This document shows, one piece after another, positions 28,368 to 38,400 of a stretch of 64,000 nucleotides of DNA. The translations under genes and the position numbers were made by a program. Source of the stretch: Trichloromonas sp. (GTDB lineage Bacteria > Desulfobacterota > Desulfuromonadia > Desulfuromonadales > Trichloromonadaceae); the NCBI RefSeq assembly GCF_034006665.1, contig NZ_JAVESI010000016.1:329-64328 (forward strand), given 5' to 3'. The first letter of the stretch is position 1. Each line of letters starts with the position of its first letter. A model generated the notes under the pieces. It did no database searches and was not told where the DNA came from. It saw only the letters and a program-made list of their open reading frames with translations.

Positions 28368-30351
28368 CCTCCTTCTCCGGCTTAGCCGCCATCTCTTCAT
28401 TTCGGGGCTGTTTATGGCCTTTGCCTGGTCCCAGGGTTGGGCACTGGAATTGGCCGGCGACGAAGAAACCATGCTGATGTTTGTCGGTGAAGCCGAGCAG
28501 AAAGTGACCGTCGCTTCCCGAGCGCCCGAATCCCCGGCGACCGCACCCGCGATCGTCAATCTCGTTTCCCGCGAGGAGATCGAGCGCCATGGCTATCGTA
28601 CCCTGGCTGAACTTCTTGGCGCTCAGCCGGGATTTTTCATGATCGGCGCCGGGCGTGGCAGCGTCCCGTATTTGCGTGGGCTGCGCGACGCCGTTCTTTT
28701 CCTTTACGACGGGGTGCCCCTGACCACCGATGTCAGCAAGACCTTTGCTCCCCTCGATGAGGACATGTCCCTGCACAATATTGAACGGGTCGAAATCATC
28801 TATGGTCCCGGTTCGGTCCTCTGGGGACCTGACGCCTTTGCCGGTGTGGTCAACGTCGTTCCACGTCGGGGCGGCGATCTGGGGGGGAGTGTGTCGCTTC
28901 ACGGCGGCAACCATGAATCGCGCGGCGCCGATCTCGGCGTTCAGGGGCAGGCCGCCGGCTGGCGGGCGCGGCTTGATTATGCGGACAGCCGCCGGCTCTT
29001 CCAGGAATCCGAGGTCACCACGAAACAGGACGCCGGGGAAATCGCCCCCTCCCGCTATCGGCAAGGGGCGGCCACCTTGGATTATGGCGACAGCTTTCAG
29101 TTGACCCTGCGCGGCAGCGATTTCACCCGCCGCTACACCCAGACCAACCCCGATGAAAGCCTGCGTTGGCGTGGCGAAAAGGAAACCCCCATCAATCTGG
29201 TCAAGGCCACCTTCAGTCATGTCGTCGGTGCCAGTCATTACACCCTGAGCGGGTATTATTTGCAAAGCCGCTATGAGGTTCTTGACAGCGATATCGAGCG
29301 GAGCCAGCGCAACGATGTCGGCCATGTGGAACTGCTCTGGGATCGCCGCCTCTTCGGCAAGGGCTTGCTCACTCTCGGCGGATCCTGGCGGGAAACGCGG
29401 GTGCGCGACGCTCTGGTCAGGGATGGATTCCTCCCCGACTTTCTGGAAACGGAACAGCCTCTCTTTACGCCGGAAATCGGGCAGGCGGACTACAGCAACC
29501 GCCTTTTTTCCCTTTTCGGGCAGATGCGCTGGCAATGGCGCGAAACCCACTTCTGGCTCGGCGCGCGCGTCGACGACCACAACCAATATGAAAGCACCTG
29601 CAGTTACAGCCTGGGGTTCACCCGCGCCCTCGGCAAGCGGGTCAACCTCAAAGGGAACTACGGCACCGCCTATCGCAGCCCCTACTCGCGGCAACTCTTC
29701 GAGAACCAGGATTTCGATCCCGAAGGCATCTCCACCGCCAGTCTGCAGCTCGAGTGGAGCACGCCGGGCGGGGCGAATGCGCAGGCGACCCTCTTTCACA
29801 GCCGGGTGCGGGATCATCGCAGCGAAGACCCCTACGGCGGGCTCTCCGTTCCCCAGTATCTGGAAATCTACGGCGGAGAAATTGCCTTGCGCACTCCCAG
29901 GATTTACGACATGCAATTTTATGGCGGTTTCGGCATTCACGACTATCGGGGGGACGATACCCGCTTCCATGCCTTGCGCTTCGTCTATGTCCGTCCCGAC
30001 GGCAGCCAGGTGCCGGTCTACGACGACTGGCGCGAACCCGTCGACCAGGGACCGGGCTGGCAGGCCTACGCCGGACTCTCCTGGCGGCCGTCCAATCGTT
30101 ACGATCTGGATATCTCGGGCCAGTATGCCGACGACATCGCTTACAGTTATTCCAAAGACAGTGTCGGCGGGCATTATTCGCAAGAAGTTGTCGTGCACTT
30201 GACTGCGCGGATGGCCGGTTTTTTCGAGGATGACCGTTTCACCCTGCGGGTTCGAGATCTTTTCGACCGGGGGAGTCGTCAACCCGATCTCTACGGTCCG
30301 GTCGATCCGCCCGGTCGGCAGGTCGAAGTCTTCTGGAATTATGCCTGGTAG
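28330..30351 (+). CDS. TonB-dependent outer-membrane receptor
   Basis: Signal peptide, plug (VTVASR...IVNLVSREEIERHGYRTLAELL, IERVEIIYGPGSVLWG), long beta-barrel, terminal aromatic ...FWNYAW. The start may be GTG 28357. Confidence 0.85.
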   Translation: MFRFATGGNVRNNLLLRLSRHLFISGLFMAFAWSQGWALELAGDEETMLMFVGEAEQKVTVASRAPESPATAPAIVNLVSREEIERHGYRTLAELLGAQPGFFMIGAGRGSVPYLRGLRDAVLFLYDGVPLTTDVSKTFAPLDEDMSLHNIERVEIIYGPGSVLWGPDAFAGVVNVVPRRGGDLGGSVSLHGGNHESRGADLGVQGQAAGWRARLDYADSRRLFQESEVTTKQDAGEIAPSRYRQGAATLDYGDSFQLTLRGSDFTRRYTQTNPDESLRWRGEKETPINLVKATFSHVVGASHYTLSGYYLQSRYEVLDSDIERSQRNDVGHVELLWDRRLFGKGLLTLGGSWRETRVRDALVRDGFLPDFLETEQPLFTPEIGQADYSNRLFSLFGQMRWQWRETHFWLGARVDDHNQYESTCSYSLGFTRALGKRVNLKGNYGTAYRSPYSRQLFENQDFDPEGISTASLQLEWSTPGGANAQATLFHSRVRDHRSEDPYGGLSVPQYLEIYGGEIALRTPRIYDMQFYGGFGIHDYRGDDTRFHALRFVYVRPDGSQVPVYDDWREPVDQGPGWQAYAGLSWRPSNRYDLDISGQYADDIAYSYSKDSVGGHYSQEVVVHLTARMAGFFEDDRFTLRVRDLFDRGSRQPDLYGPVDPPGRQVEVFWNYAW

Positions 30352-30369
30352 CGACGAGCTCAGGTAAAT

Positions 30370-30393
30370 CCCTGAAAACGCTTCAGGGTTTTC
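30370..30393 (+). terminator. Rho-independent terminator after the TonB receptor gene
   Basis: CCCTGAA-aacgc-TTCAGGG followed by TTTTC. Confidence 0.65.
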
Positions 30394-30437
30394 CCCTGTT
30401 TCACCCACCCCAAAAATTTTCATCCGCTGCAATGAGT

Positions 30438-30475
30438 CTGGTTGAATCAAACCAGCGCTGGTTGGATTCAACCAG
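30438..30475 (+). promoter_or_regulatory. Two adjacent 18-bp palindromes, candidate enhancer (UAS) for a sigma-54 activator
   Basis: CTGGTTGAATCAAACCAG and CTGGTTGGATTCAACCAG, located 53-90 nt upstream of the -24 element. Confidence 0.55.
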
Positions 30476-30527
30476 CGTTGACGTAAGCCTTTTTGTAAAA
30501 TGCCGTAATATATATGAAGTTTTCTCT

Positions 30528-30543
30528 TGGCATGGACATTGCT
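30528..30543 (+). promoter_or_regulatory. Sigma-54 (-24/-12) promoter
   Basis: TGGCATGGACATTGCT matches TGGCAC-N5-TTGCW. 67 nt upstream of ATG 30610. Confidence 0.7.
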
Positions 30544-30609
30544 ATAAGGCAAAGTCATGTATGACCGGATGTCATGTATACAGTCCACAAGTAAAGGCGA
30601 AAGACGCAA

Positions 30610-31533
30610 ATGATGAATCTCACGTTTTCAGAAAGAATGACGCGCTGTGTAGTTGGTTTTCCGGTAGCCGGTCGGTTTGTCGCTTGCCTTTTGCTTGTGC
30701 TGATGGGCTTAGCCGCGGTTCCGGCGCATGCGGAAGATGCTGCAGTCGAAAAGCAAGCGCTCCTTCGCGTGCAGGCACGGATGGTTTGGGCCCGGATCAA
30801 TGAGGCCCGTGTCGACTTGCGCGCAACTGTCGAGCGTCTGGGGTTGGATGTCGAGCAGGTGGCGACGTCTCTGGGGGAACGAGCCTGGATCCTTGATGCC
30901 GGTCTGCCCCCCCTGGCCTGGAGCGACGGATTGATGGCTTCGGCCGACGCCCACGGTCGCGATATGGCGACGCAGCTTTATTACAGCTATCAGTCTCTTG
31001 ACGGCCGTACGGTCGCCGACCGGGCTGCGGAAGCCGGCTATGCCGCCGCCGAGGTCGATGAAGCTTTGGCCATTCTGGCTTTTTCCAACTATGTTGAGTT
31101 GGATGAGGCGGTGGGTTTTATGGTTGACAATTTGCTGCGTGATGAACTGCTTTCCCTTCCCGCCGGCAAGCTGACGTTGCTCAACCCCTTGTTGCGCGAA
31201 GCGGGTGTCGCCCTTTTCGCCGAAAACCTGCAACTGGTCATGGGCCAGCAATATGTTTATCTTCTCGTCATTGACGCTGCAATACCGTTGGATTTGCGCC
31301 CTTGGTTGATCGGTCAAGCGGCCTTTGGCAGCCGACTCTTTCTGCGCGATGAATTTACCGGTTTTTTGTCGACCTTGCCGGTTGATGACGCAGGGGGCTT
31401 CCAGGCTGAGTTGCCGCTTGGCGGCTCTGTCGAACTCTATGAGTTGCAGTCCGATGGGTTGATGCGCTATCTGACGACCGTCTATGCCGATTTGGGGGAC
31501 AATCAGTTCATCAATCTGTCTGACGAGGAGTGA
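30610..31533 (+). CDS. Secreted CAP/SCP (YkwD-like) domain protein
   Basis: Signal peptide ending AVPAHA. INEARVDL...LAWSDGLMASADAHGRDM...DRAAEAGY pattern of CAP domains. Moderate support only. Confidence 0.45.
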   Translation: MMNLTFSERMTRCVVGFPVAGRFVACLLLVLMGLAAVPAHAEDAAVEKQALLRVQARMVWARINEARVDLRATVERLGLDVEQVATSLGERAWILDAGLPPLAWSDGLMASADAHGRDMATQLYYSYQSLDGRTVADRAAEAGYAAAEVDEALAILAFSNYVELDEAVGFMVDNLLRDELLSLPAGKLTLLNPLLREAGVALFAENLQLVMGQQYVYLLVIDAAIPLDLRPWLIGQAAFGSRLFLRDEFTGFLSTLPVDDAGGFQAELPLGGSVELYELQSDGLMRYLTTVYADLGDNQFINLSDEE

Positions 31534-31717
31534 TGCCGGTTTTTTGCCGATTCAGTGAAATCTTTGCTGTACATTGAAGTTAAAATGTCATATCTATACT
31601 TGTTTAAAAATCTAAACTTTTTTAATCGCGGAATGTCCGTGACAGCGTGTGGCACGCCATGGGGGTGTTGCCATGCAAATGATGTAAAATCAGAGGAAAA
31701 AAGAGGAGAAATTATCG

Positions 31718-34700
31718 ATGGTAACTCCAGAACAGCAAAATGAAATCTATCTCTACACCGTTGGTTTGTTCAAGGCTGCCCCTGGTGCCTACTATGAAGG
31801 CCTGGTGGGTTTCGTCGAGAGCGGCTACAGCACCCAGGACATGGCCCTGGCTCTGGCCAATTCGCCTGTCTTCAACGGTCTGTACAACACCGATTCCGAC
31901 GACGCATTCGTTTCGGCGTTTCTGAACAATCTGGTTGGTGACACCCTCGATGCCGCGACCATGCAGGCTGCCGTTGCCGGCATGAACAGCCTGGTCGCCG
32001 ACCAGGGCCGGGCCCAGGCCGCCGTCGCCATTATTGACCTGCTGGCCGACCAGAGCCCTTCCGATCCCACCTTCGGCGAGGCCCGTCAGTTGCTGCAGGG
32101 CCGTGTGGATGCCGCCAAAGGTTACCAGGCTTTCCCCGGTGCTAAAGGCCTCTCCGCCAATATCGCTACCCTCCAGAACGTTGTCGAGGCAACCGATACC
32201 GCCCAGTACCTGACCGATGGCATCGATAATCTGCTTGGTGGTATCGGCAACGATCTGTTCCAGGCTTACATCTACGACAACAGCAACAGCCTTGAGTCCG
32301 GTGACATCATCAACGGCGGCGCCGGCACCGACGTCCTGCGCGCTGAAGTGGGTTCTTCGCAGGACTTCGCCATCTCGGCCAAGACCGTTTCCGTTGAGAA
32401 CATGTTCTTCACCGCCCAGAACCTGGCGTGGGACAATGCCGACAACACCATCGGTGATCGTCTTGGCTTCGACACCACCATCGATGCCGGTGAGTTCGCC
32501 GGTGTGCGCCAGCTGTGGTCCGACGACAGCCGCGCCAGCCTGGTCATCGAAGACGTCAGCGAAGACAGCCACCTCACCACCATCGGTATGCGTGATACCG
32601 ATTCGGCGGTTAACTACGAAGTTTACTTCGATCAGCAGAATGTGACCGACATCGGTTCCCAGGAGTCCGGCGGCTCGTTGATTCTGACCATCGCCGACCT
32701 CGATCGCATGGATCAGGGCCTGTCGCCGTTGAGCGATGCCTTCCCTTACGATATCCTCACCGTCCACTTCGAAGGCGTTTCCTATGAGCTGGACATCGAT
32801 TACACCGACGTAGAAGACCATGACGACCTGGTTGCCGCCATCAATAACGCTCTGGCCGCCGACGGCGTGACCCAGTTCGAGGCCGTCAAGCAGGGCAGCG
32901 TCAACGTTGTTCACCCCGATACCAGCAATCCTCTCGTTGTCGATCAGGTCGTTATCCAGAAGGTTGATGCGACCATGGAAGGCAATTTCGACGCCGCCAT
33001 GTCGACCTGGGACAACTCCGGCATCATCCCCGGCGACACCGCTTACCTCACCCGCGTTCAGGACGAGCAGGCTGTTGCCCAGCCGTCCCTGACTCAGGTA
33101 GATGTCGTCGTTGATAACGTCGGCCGCGGTTGCGTTGGTGGCGATCTGGTGATCGGCGCTATGGCCGAGTGCCTTGGCATCGAGCAGTTCAATGTGCAGG
33201 TCGATCGTGACAGCTGGCTGAGCACTCTGCGTTCGAACAACGAACTGTCTCATGGCGCTCTTGAAGTCGTTAACGTCGTCAACATCAGCGAGAACGATGC
33301 CGAAGGCAACGGCAATCTGCGTATCGACGCCCTGAACGACGTCCGCGTTTTCGATGCTTCCGAGATGGCCGGTAATGTCACCCTTACCGCAACTCTCAGC
33401 AATGAAATTGTCGCCAAGTACTTCAGCCTGACGGACAGCCATCAGGACAATACCCAGGACGACAGCGACCCCGTCGACTACCTGGATGTTGTGGACACCT
33501 ATTTCAGCTACGATTTCGGTGCCGGCAGCGACAGCCTCAACCTGACCCTCAGCGCCGATAATTTCCAAGATGCCGGCAGCGCGGCTTTCGAAGATTTCCA
33601 GCTTGAAGTCAACGGTAACGACGGCAATGACCGTCTCACGGTCCGTTTCGACGACGCCACTGCCAACGATGCCGACTTCTGGTACTTCAATCAGTCCGTC
33701 AACCAGGCCAACAACAGCTCCATCGTCATCAACGGCGGCGCCGGTAACGACACCATCAGCACCCCGGGCGCCGGCAACATGACCATCAACGCCGGCAGCG
33801 GCAACGATGTGGTCTTCTCCGACAATACCGGCGCCAAGGCCCAGTGGGTCATCAACGCCGCCAACCTCGATCTTAACGACCTCGACGGTAACGGTCCCGG
33901 CGCCACGGGTCTGCTCTACGGTGCGCAACTCACCCTGACCTTCGCCGCCGCCAACCTGACCTTGCCTGCCGGCATGACCCAGCCGAATGCCGATGCCTAC
34001 GATGTCGGTTTCGAGTCGACCGTACGGGTTACCACCAACGATCTGGGCAACCAGGCCACCGTCAACCAGGCCATCAAGAACGCCATCAATAACGATGCCG
34101 TTCTGAGCAAACTCCTCCTGGCTGAAGACGGCCCGGAAAACACCCTGGTGATCACTTCCAAGATCGATGGTCAGTTCTCCAGCAACGATATCCTTATCGA
34201 TGTGGAAGCGATCGATCTGGCAGACCAGTCCACGGCTACCCAGGATGACCTGCAGGACGCTTACGAACTGCTCATGCGTGATTCCGATGCCGTGCTGACC
34301 CAGGCTATTCTTGACGGCTATGCCAATGCCTACGACGGCAACATCGCCACTCTGGCCGTGCAGGGCAGCGACAGCGTTTACACCAGCGACAACCGCATCA
34401 ATGTGGGTTCCGGCGATGACCTGGTGGTTCTCGGCACCGGCGCTAACAGCAACGACACCCTGGTCTTCACCGGGACCGATCTGGGCAAGGTAACGGTCGT
34501 CAATTTCGATGACGCCGTCGGCTCCGCTTCGATGGATTCCCTCAACTTCGGCAGCTACCTGATCGGTAAGACCTCGGCGTCCGAGAGCGTCAGCTCCGAG
34601 CGCGGCATCGCCGACACCTACGACTTCCTCAATGTTTCCGGGGTAGGTGGTACCGCGGGTGCCGATGAGATCATCGTCATCAACGATTTCGCCGCCGTAG

Positions 34701-35368
34701 CAGGCGAAACCTGGGCGACCATGACCGCTTCCGACTTCCTGACCGCTATTCAGGATGAGGCGGGGACCGAGATCGGCTACGGCAACATCGACAGCAATGA
34801 TATCGATGTGGCTGCCGCTCCGGCCAATTATGTCGGCGATACCATGCACCACGTCTTCATGGTAGAGAATGACCTGAATGCCGGTGAGTACAAGGCCTTC
34901 TACGTCACCTCCGAAATCGATGCCGACGGCAACGAGTTCAATAGCGCCAGCCTGATCAGCATTATCGACTTCGGCGCCAGCTTCGACCTCGCTGACGATG
35001 GCGGCGCCGGTCCTGGGCCGGTCCAGGTCGATCAGGTCGTAGCCGACCTGATCACTTACGATGCCAGCACCGACGATTTCAATTTCATCCTTGATTTCGC
35101 TGCTGCGGGCGTCAAACTGGCCAATATCAATGGCTTCGACGACGGCGACACCGTGACCCTGCTCAACGCTCCGGCCGGTTCCGCAGTTGACTTCGATAGC
35201 GGCGCTGCCGACTCCATCGATTTCGTTGCCGGTGATTTGGTTGGTTTCACCAACGCCTGGGCCGTCACCTTCGGCGCTCAGGATCCTGTCGAAGTGGCCG
35301 ATTTTGTCGCCGCCGCCGATGAGTTTGCCGCGACTCAGGCCATTTGGGGTGACTGGCTGGTCGCCTAG
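31718..35368 (+). CDS. Large acidic RTX-like secreted protein, candidate T1SS substrate / S-layer protein 1
   Basis: 1216 aa, no signal peptide, very few K/R. GGxGxD-type repeats (INGGAGTDVL, INGGAGNDTI, AGSGNDVV, VGSGDDLV). DUF4214-like helical N-terminus. Confidence 0.7.
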   Translation: MVTPEQQNEIYLYTVGLFKAAPGAYYEGLVGFVESGYSTQDMALALANSPVFNGLYNTDSDDAFVSAFLNNLVGDTLDAATMQAAVAGMNSLVADQGRAQAAVAIIDLLADQSPSDPTFGEARQLLQGRVDAAKGYQAFPGAKGLSANIATLQNVVEATDTAQYLTDGIDNLLGGIGNDLFQAYIYDNSNSLESGDIINGGAGTDVLRAEVGSSQDFAISAKTVSVENMFFTAQNLAWDNADNTIGDRLGFDTTIDAGEFAGVRQLWSDDSRASLVIEDVSEDSHLTTIGMRDTDSAVNYEVYFDQQNVTDIGSQESGGSLILTIADLDRMDQGLSPLSDAFPYDILTVHFEGVSYELDIDYTDVEDHDDLVAAINNALAADGVTQFEAVKQGSVNVVHPDTSNPLVVDQVVIQKVDATMEGNFDAAMSTWDNSGIIPGDTAYLTRVQDEQAVAQPSLTQVDVVVDNVGRGCVGGDLVIGAMAECLGIEQFNVQVDRDSWLSTLRSNNELSHGALEVVNVVNISENDAEGNGNLRIDALNDVRVFDASEMAGNVTLTATLSNEIVAKYFSLTDSHQDNTQDDSDPVDYLDVVDTYFSYDFGAGSDSLNLTLSADNFQDAGSAAFEDFQLEVNGNDGNDRLTVRFDDATANDADFWYFNQSVNQANNSSIVINGGAGNDTISTPGAGNMTINAGSGNDVVFSDNTGAKAQWVINAANLDLNDLDGNGPGATGLLYGAQLTLTFAAANLTLPAGMTQPNADAYDVGFESTVRVTTNDLGNQATVNQAIKNAINNDAVLSKLLLAEDGPENTLVITSKIDGQFSSNDILIDVEAIDLADQSTATQDDLQDAYELLMRDSDAVLTQAILDGYANAYDGNIATLAVQGSDSVYTSDNRINVGSGDDLVVLGTGANSNDTLVFTGTDLGKVTVVNFDDAVGSASMDSLNFGSYLIGKTSASESVSSERGIADTYDFLNVSGVGGTAGADEIIVINDFAAVAGETWATMTASDFLTAIQDEAGTEIGYGNIDSNDIDVAAAPANYVGDTMHHVFMVENDLNAGEYKAFYVTSEIDADGNEFNSASLISIIDFGASFDLADDGGAGPGPVQVDQVVADLITYDASTDDFNFILDFAAAGVKLANINGFDDGDTVTLLNAPAGSAVDFDSGAADSIDFVAGDLVGFTNAWAVTFGAQDPVEVADFVAAADEFAATQAIWGDWLVA

Positions 35369-35415
35369 TTTTACCCTTTTGCTTCACTAGATCCATACCG
35401 TGGCTTGTGCAAGAT

Positions 35416-35443
35416 AGAGCGGGCAGGTTCGCCTGCCCGCTCT
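35416..35443 (+). other. Perfect 12-bp stem with TTCG loop between the two large genes
   Basis: AGAGCGGGCAGG-TTCG-CCTGCCCGCTCT. No U-tract follows. Confidence 0.8.
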
Positions 35444-35474
35444 AACCAACCAGAAACACAAGGAGACATATATC

Positions 35475-38400
35475 ATGGCAGTAGTCACAGGCACTAACCT
35501 GCTTCAAGAGATTCTCGACGCTCAGGGGATTACGCTTTCGCCGTTGATGGAAGCTGCTCTTGCTGCTCGTCTGCAGCAGGCGATCGACGCCGGAACCGAC
35601 AGCAATTTTCAGATTGCCGCCGTTCTGGCCAGTAACCCGACTATCAATGCTTCCGTCCCCGAAGGGGAAGTCCCGCTCACCTTTATCGCCGATGTCGTAG
35701 GGGATGCCAAAACGACGATCATCGACGAGCCGGTTGAGCCGATTGAAACTACCTATACCATTACCTCCGACGTCGACTCGGTGGACGAAGGCGGTACCGT
35801 CACCTTCACCGTAACGGCGGATGAAGCCGTTGTCGAAGATACCGAAGTGGCCTATACCCTCAGCGGCGTCGACGCCGCCGATGTGGATGGCGAGCTGACC
35901 GGTACGGTGACGATTCTGGCCGGTGAAACCGCCGCCACTTTTGCCGTCACTCTGCTCGAAGATGCGGCTACTGAAGGGGATGAAACCCTGACCGCGACCC
36001 TGGAAGACGGCGCTGCCGCCGATGTGGCCGTGGCCGACACCAGCATGGCCCCTGCCCAGGTTCTGAGCATCGAACCGGCATCGACGACGATCGTCGAGGG
36101 CAATGAGCTCGTCTTCACCGTGACGATGGACCGCGCGGTTGACGAAGATACCGTCATCCGCTATCAGGTTCAGGGCGTTGCCACCGACATCGCCGCTGCC
36201 GCTACGCCGGTTGACGACCTGGGCGTCATCAATGGTGAGGTGCTCATCGCGGCTGATGGCGATAACCCGATGATCGGTACTTTTTCGATCACCCCTTCAT
36301 CCGACGGCGTAACCGAAGGTTTTGAAGCCTTCAAGGTTGTGCTGCTCAATGACGACAATACCGCCGGCTTGTCTACGGCCAATATCGTCATTACCGATCC
36401 CGCCAATGCCGGCCAGTCCTTCACGCTCACTACAAGTGTGGATGATTTCACCGGTGGCGCCGGCGATGATACCTTCACGGCGACCGACACAACCCTGACC
36501 GCGCTGGACGCCCTCGATGGGGGTGATGGAGCGGATGTTCTGAAATATACCGACGTTGCAGGGGGCAAGGGCATTCCTGGAGGTGTTTCCATCAGCAACA
36601 TTGAAACGATCACGGTGCGCTCTTCAGGCGCTGCCACCATCGACTTGGCTGCTGCGGCAGGTGTGACGGGCGTGTCAACACTGAAATCGACTCAGTCTGC
36701 TGCAGCCACCCTGACCGCTGCCGACACCACCGACATCGTTGTCTCGGGCGCTACCGGCGCCATCACGATCAACGGTGGTAACAACGTTCAGGTTGCCGAC
36801 GCGACTGCAGACATGGCGATTAAAGTTGGCGCGGCTACCGCTAACGCCGGTACCATCACCGTGACCGACAGCAATCAGGGCACCGGTACGATCGACGTCG
36901 ACGGCGGCACGGATGTATCCGTTACCGCGACCACCAACGCTACGGCAGCAGTGGTCGGCGGCACCGTTAAGATCGGTGTTGTCACCCCCGCCACCGGCAC
37001 CGTAACGCTGGAACAAAACCTGAACCACAACGGCGAAGGCGGCAATCTTGCCGGCGGCGCGATCACGGTCGTCGGTGGCACCAGCGTTGATGTCACTGTC
37101 AACGCGACCAGCACCGCCAAGAACGACGACTCCGACAACGACATCGCCATCGGTGCTGTGGACGTGACCGGCGACGGTACGACCTCCGAAGTGACCGTGA
37201 CGCAGAATGCCACCACGACCGTTGTCACCACGGCCGCTGTGCCGGCGATTGCAGAAACTGACACGGTTACTTTCAAATCTATGGCCGCAGGCGATACCCT
37301 GACCACGGCCGGCAGCGGCACCCTGGTTTTTAAGGCTGTTGCTGCTATGACGGCTGAAGAAGTTGCAGCAGCCTTCACCAACCTGATCAACTCTGACACC
37401 CAATCTGCTGGCGGACCCACTGCTAAAGGCTACTTCACTGGAGCTTTCTCGCCGGTCTGGTCCAGCGCTGAAGCCTCCGGGGCCTCGGTGATCTTCACTG
37501 CCAATAGTGACGCTGAGACCAACGTTACCTGGACCCACAGTGTCGTCGCCAACAACCCGACGATCGTCAATACCCCCGGCACGGCCGCCGTTGCCGGTGA
37601 CGCTTCCACCAACGCCGTGACCTACGGCGCAGTGACGATTGCCGATGACGCGACCGCCGCCATCAAGACCGTCACGGTCGATGGCTATGCGACGGCCTCG
37701 GCTATCAACGGCACCACCGTTCTGGATACTCTGAACCTGTCTAACGCCGCTGCTACGGTTGCCATGACCGTGGCCGACACCGCCGATACTTTGGCGTTGA
37801 ACCTTTCGGCCATGGGCAAAACCGGCGATGGCAATGAAGCCGTTCTGACCTTCACCGCCGCCCCGCTGACCCTGAATGTCACTAGCACGGGCGATAACTA
37901 CGTCGACCTGACCGCCGCCGCGACCAAGACCCTCAATGTCTCCGGTACCGGCCTGCTGGATGTCGCCGACATCGACTTGGCCGCTTTGCAGACCGTCAAA
38001 GTCAGCGGTACGGCCGGCCTGTCGTTGTACGCAGGCGTCGCTGATACCGTGACTTCGGTAGACACTACCGGCACAACTGGCACCGTCACCGCCAGCATTC
38101 AAGGCGATAAGGCCACCTACGCCGGCGGCGCCGGTGTCGACAACGTCACCGTCACCAACGCCGACACGGCCATCAGCAAGGCACTCGATCTGGGTGCAAG
38201 CAACGACACCCTGACCCTGGTCGGCGCCACCGTGGCCGTGCCCACCGTCGTCCTCAAAGGCGGCGATGGCACCGACACCTTGTCGATCGACACGGCCAGC
38301 GCAGCGGCTCTCGATGGCGCAACAACGTTCGCCGCTCAACTCGATAGCTTCGAGCACCTGTTCATCAATGATGCGGGAATAGGTGGCGAAAATATTCTCC

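Noticed and set aside
25488-28559. 1023-aa ORF on the minus strand spanning the histidine kinase and sigma-54 regulator genes
   Set aside because: It is antisense to two genes with unmistakable HisKA/HATPase and receiver/AAA+/GAFTGA motifs. The translation is G/A/R/P-rich, low in complexity, and has no motif or RBS. This is the typical stop-free antisense frame of GC-rich genes.
28264-30609. 781-aa minus-strand ORF
   Set aside because: It is antisense to the TonB-dependent receptor, whose plug, barrel and terminal aromatic residue are clear.
31650-31671. TGGCAC...TTGCC upstream of the first giant gene as a second sigma-54 promoter
   Set aside because: The GG and GC elements are 18 nt apart instead of 10, so the sequence does not fit the -24/-12 geometry.
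31712-34852. 1046-aa minus-strand ORF, and the similar 883-aa ORF at 36675-39326
   Set aside because: Both are mirror frames of the repetitive, GC3-rich giant plus-strand genes. They are dominated by G/V/D/A runs and have no start context. The plus-strand frames carry RTX and Calx-beta motifs.
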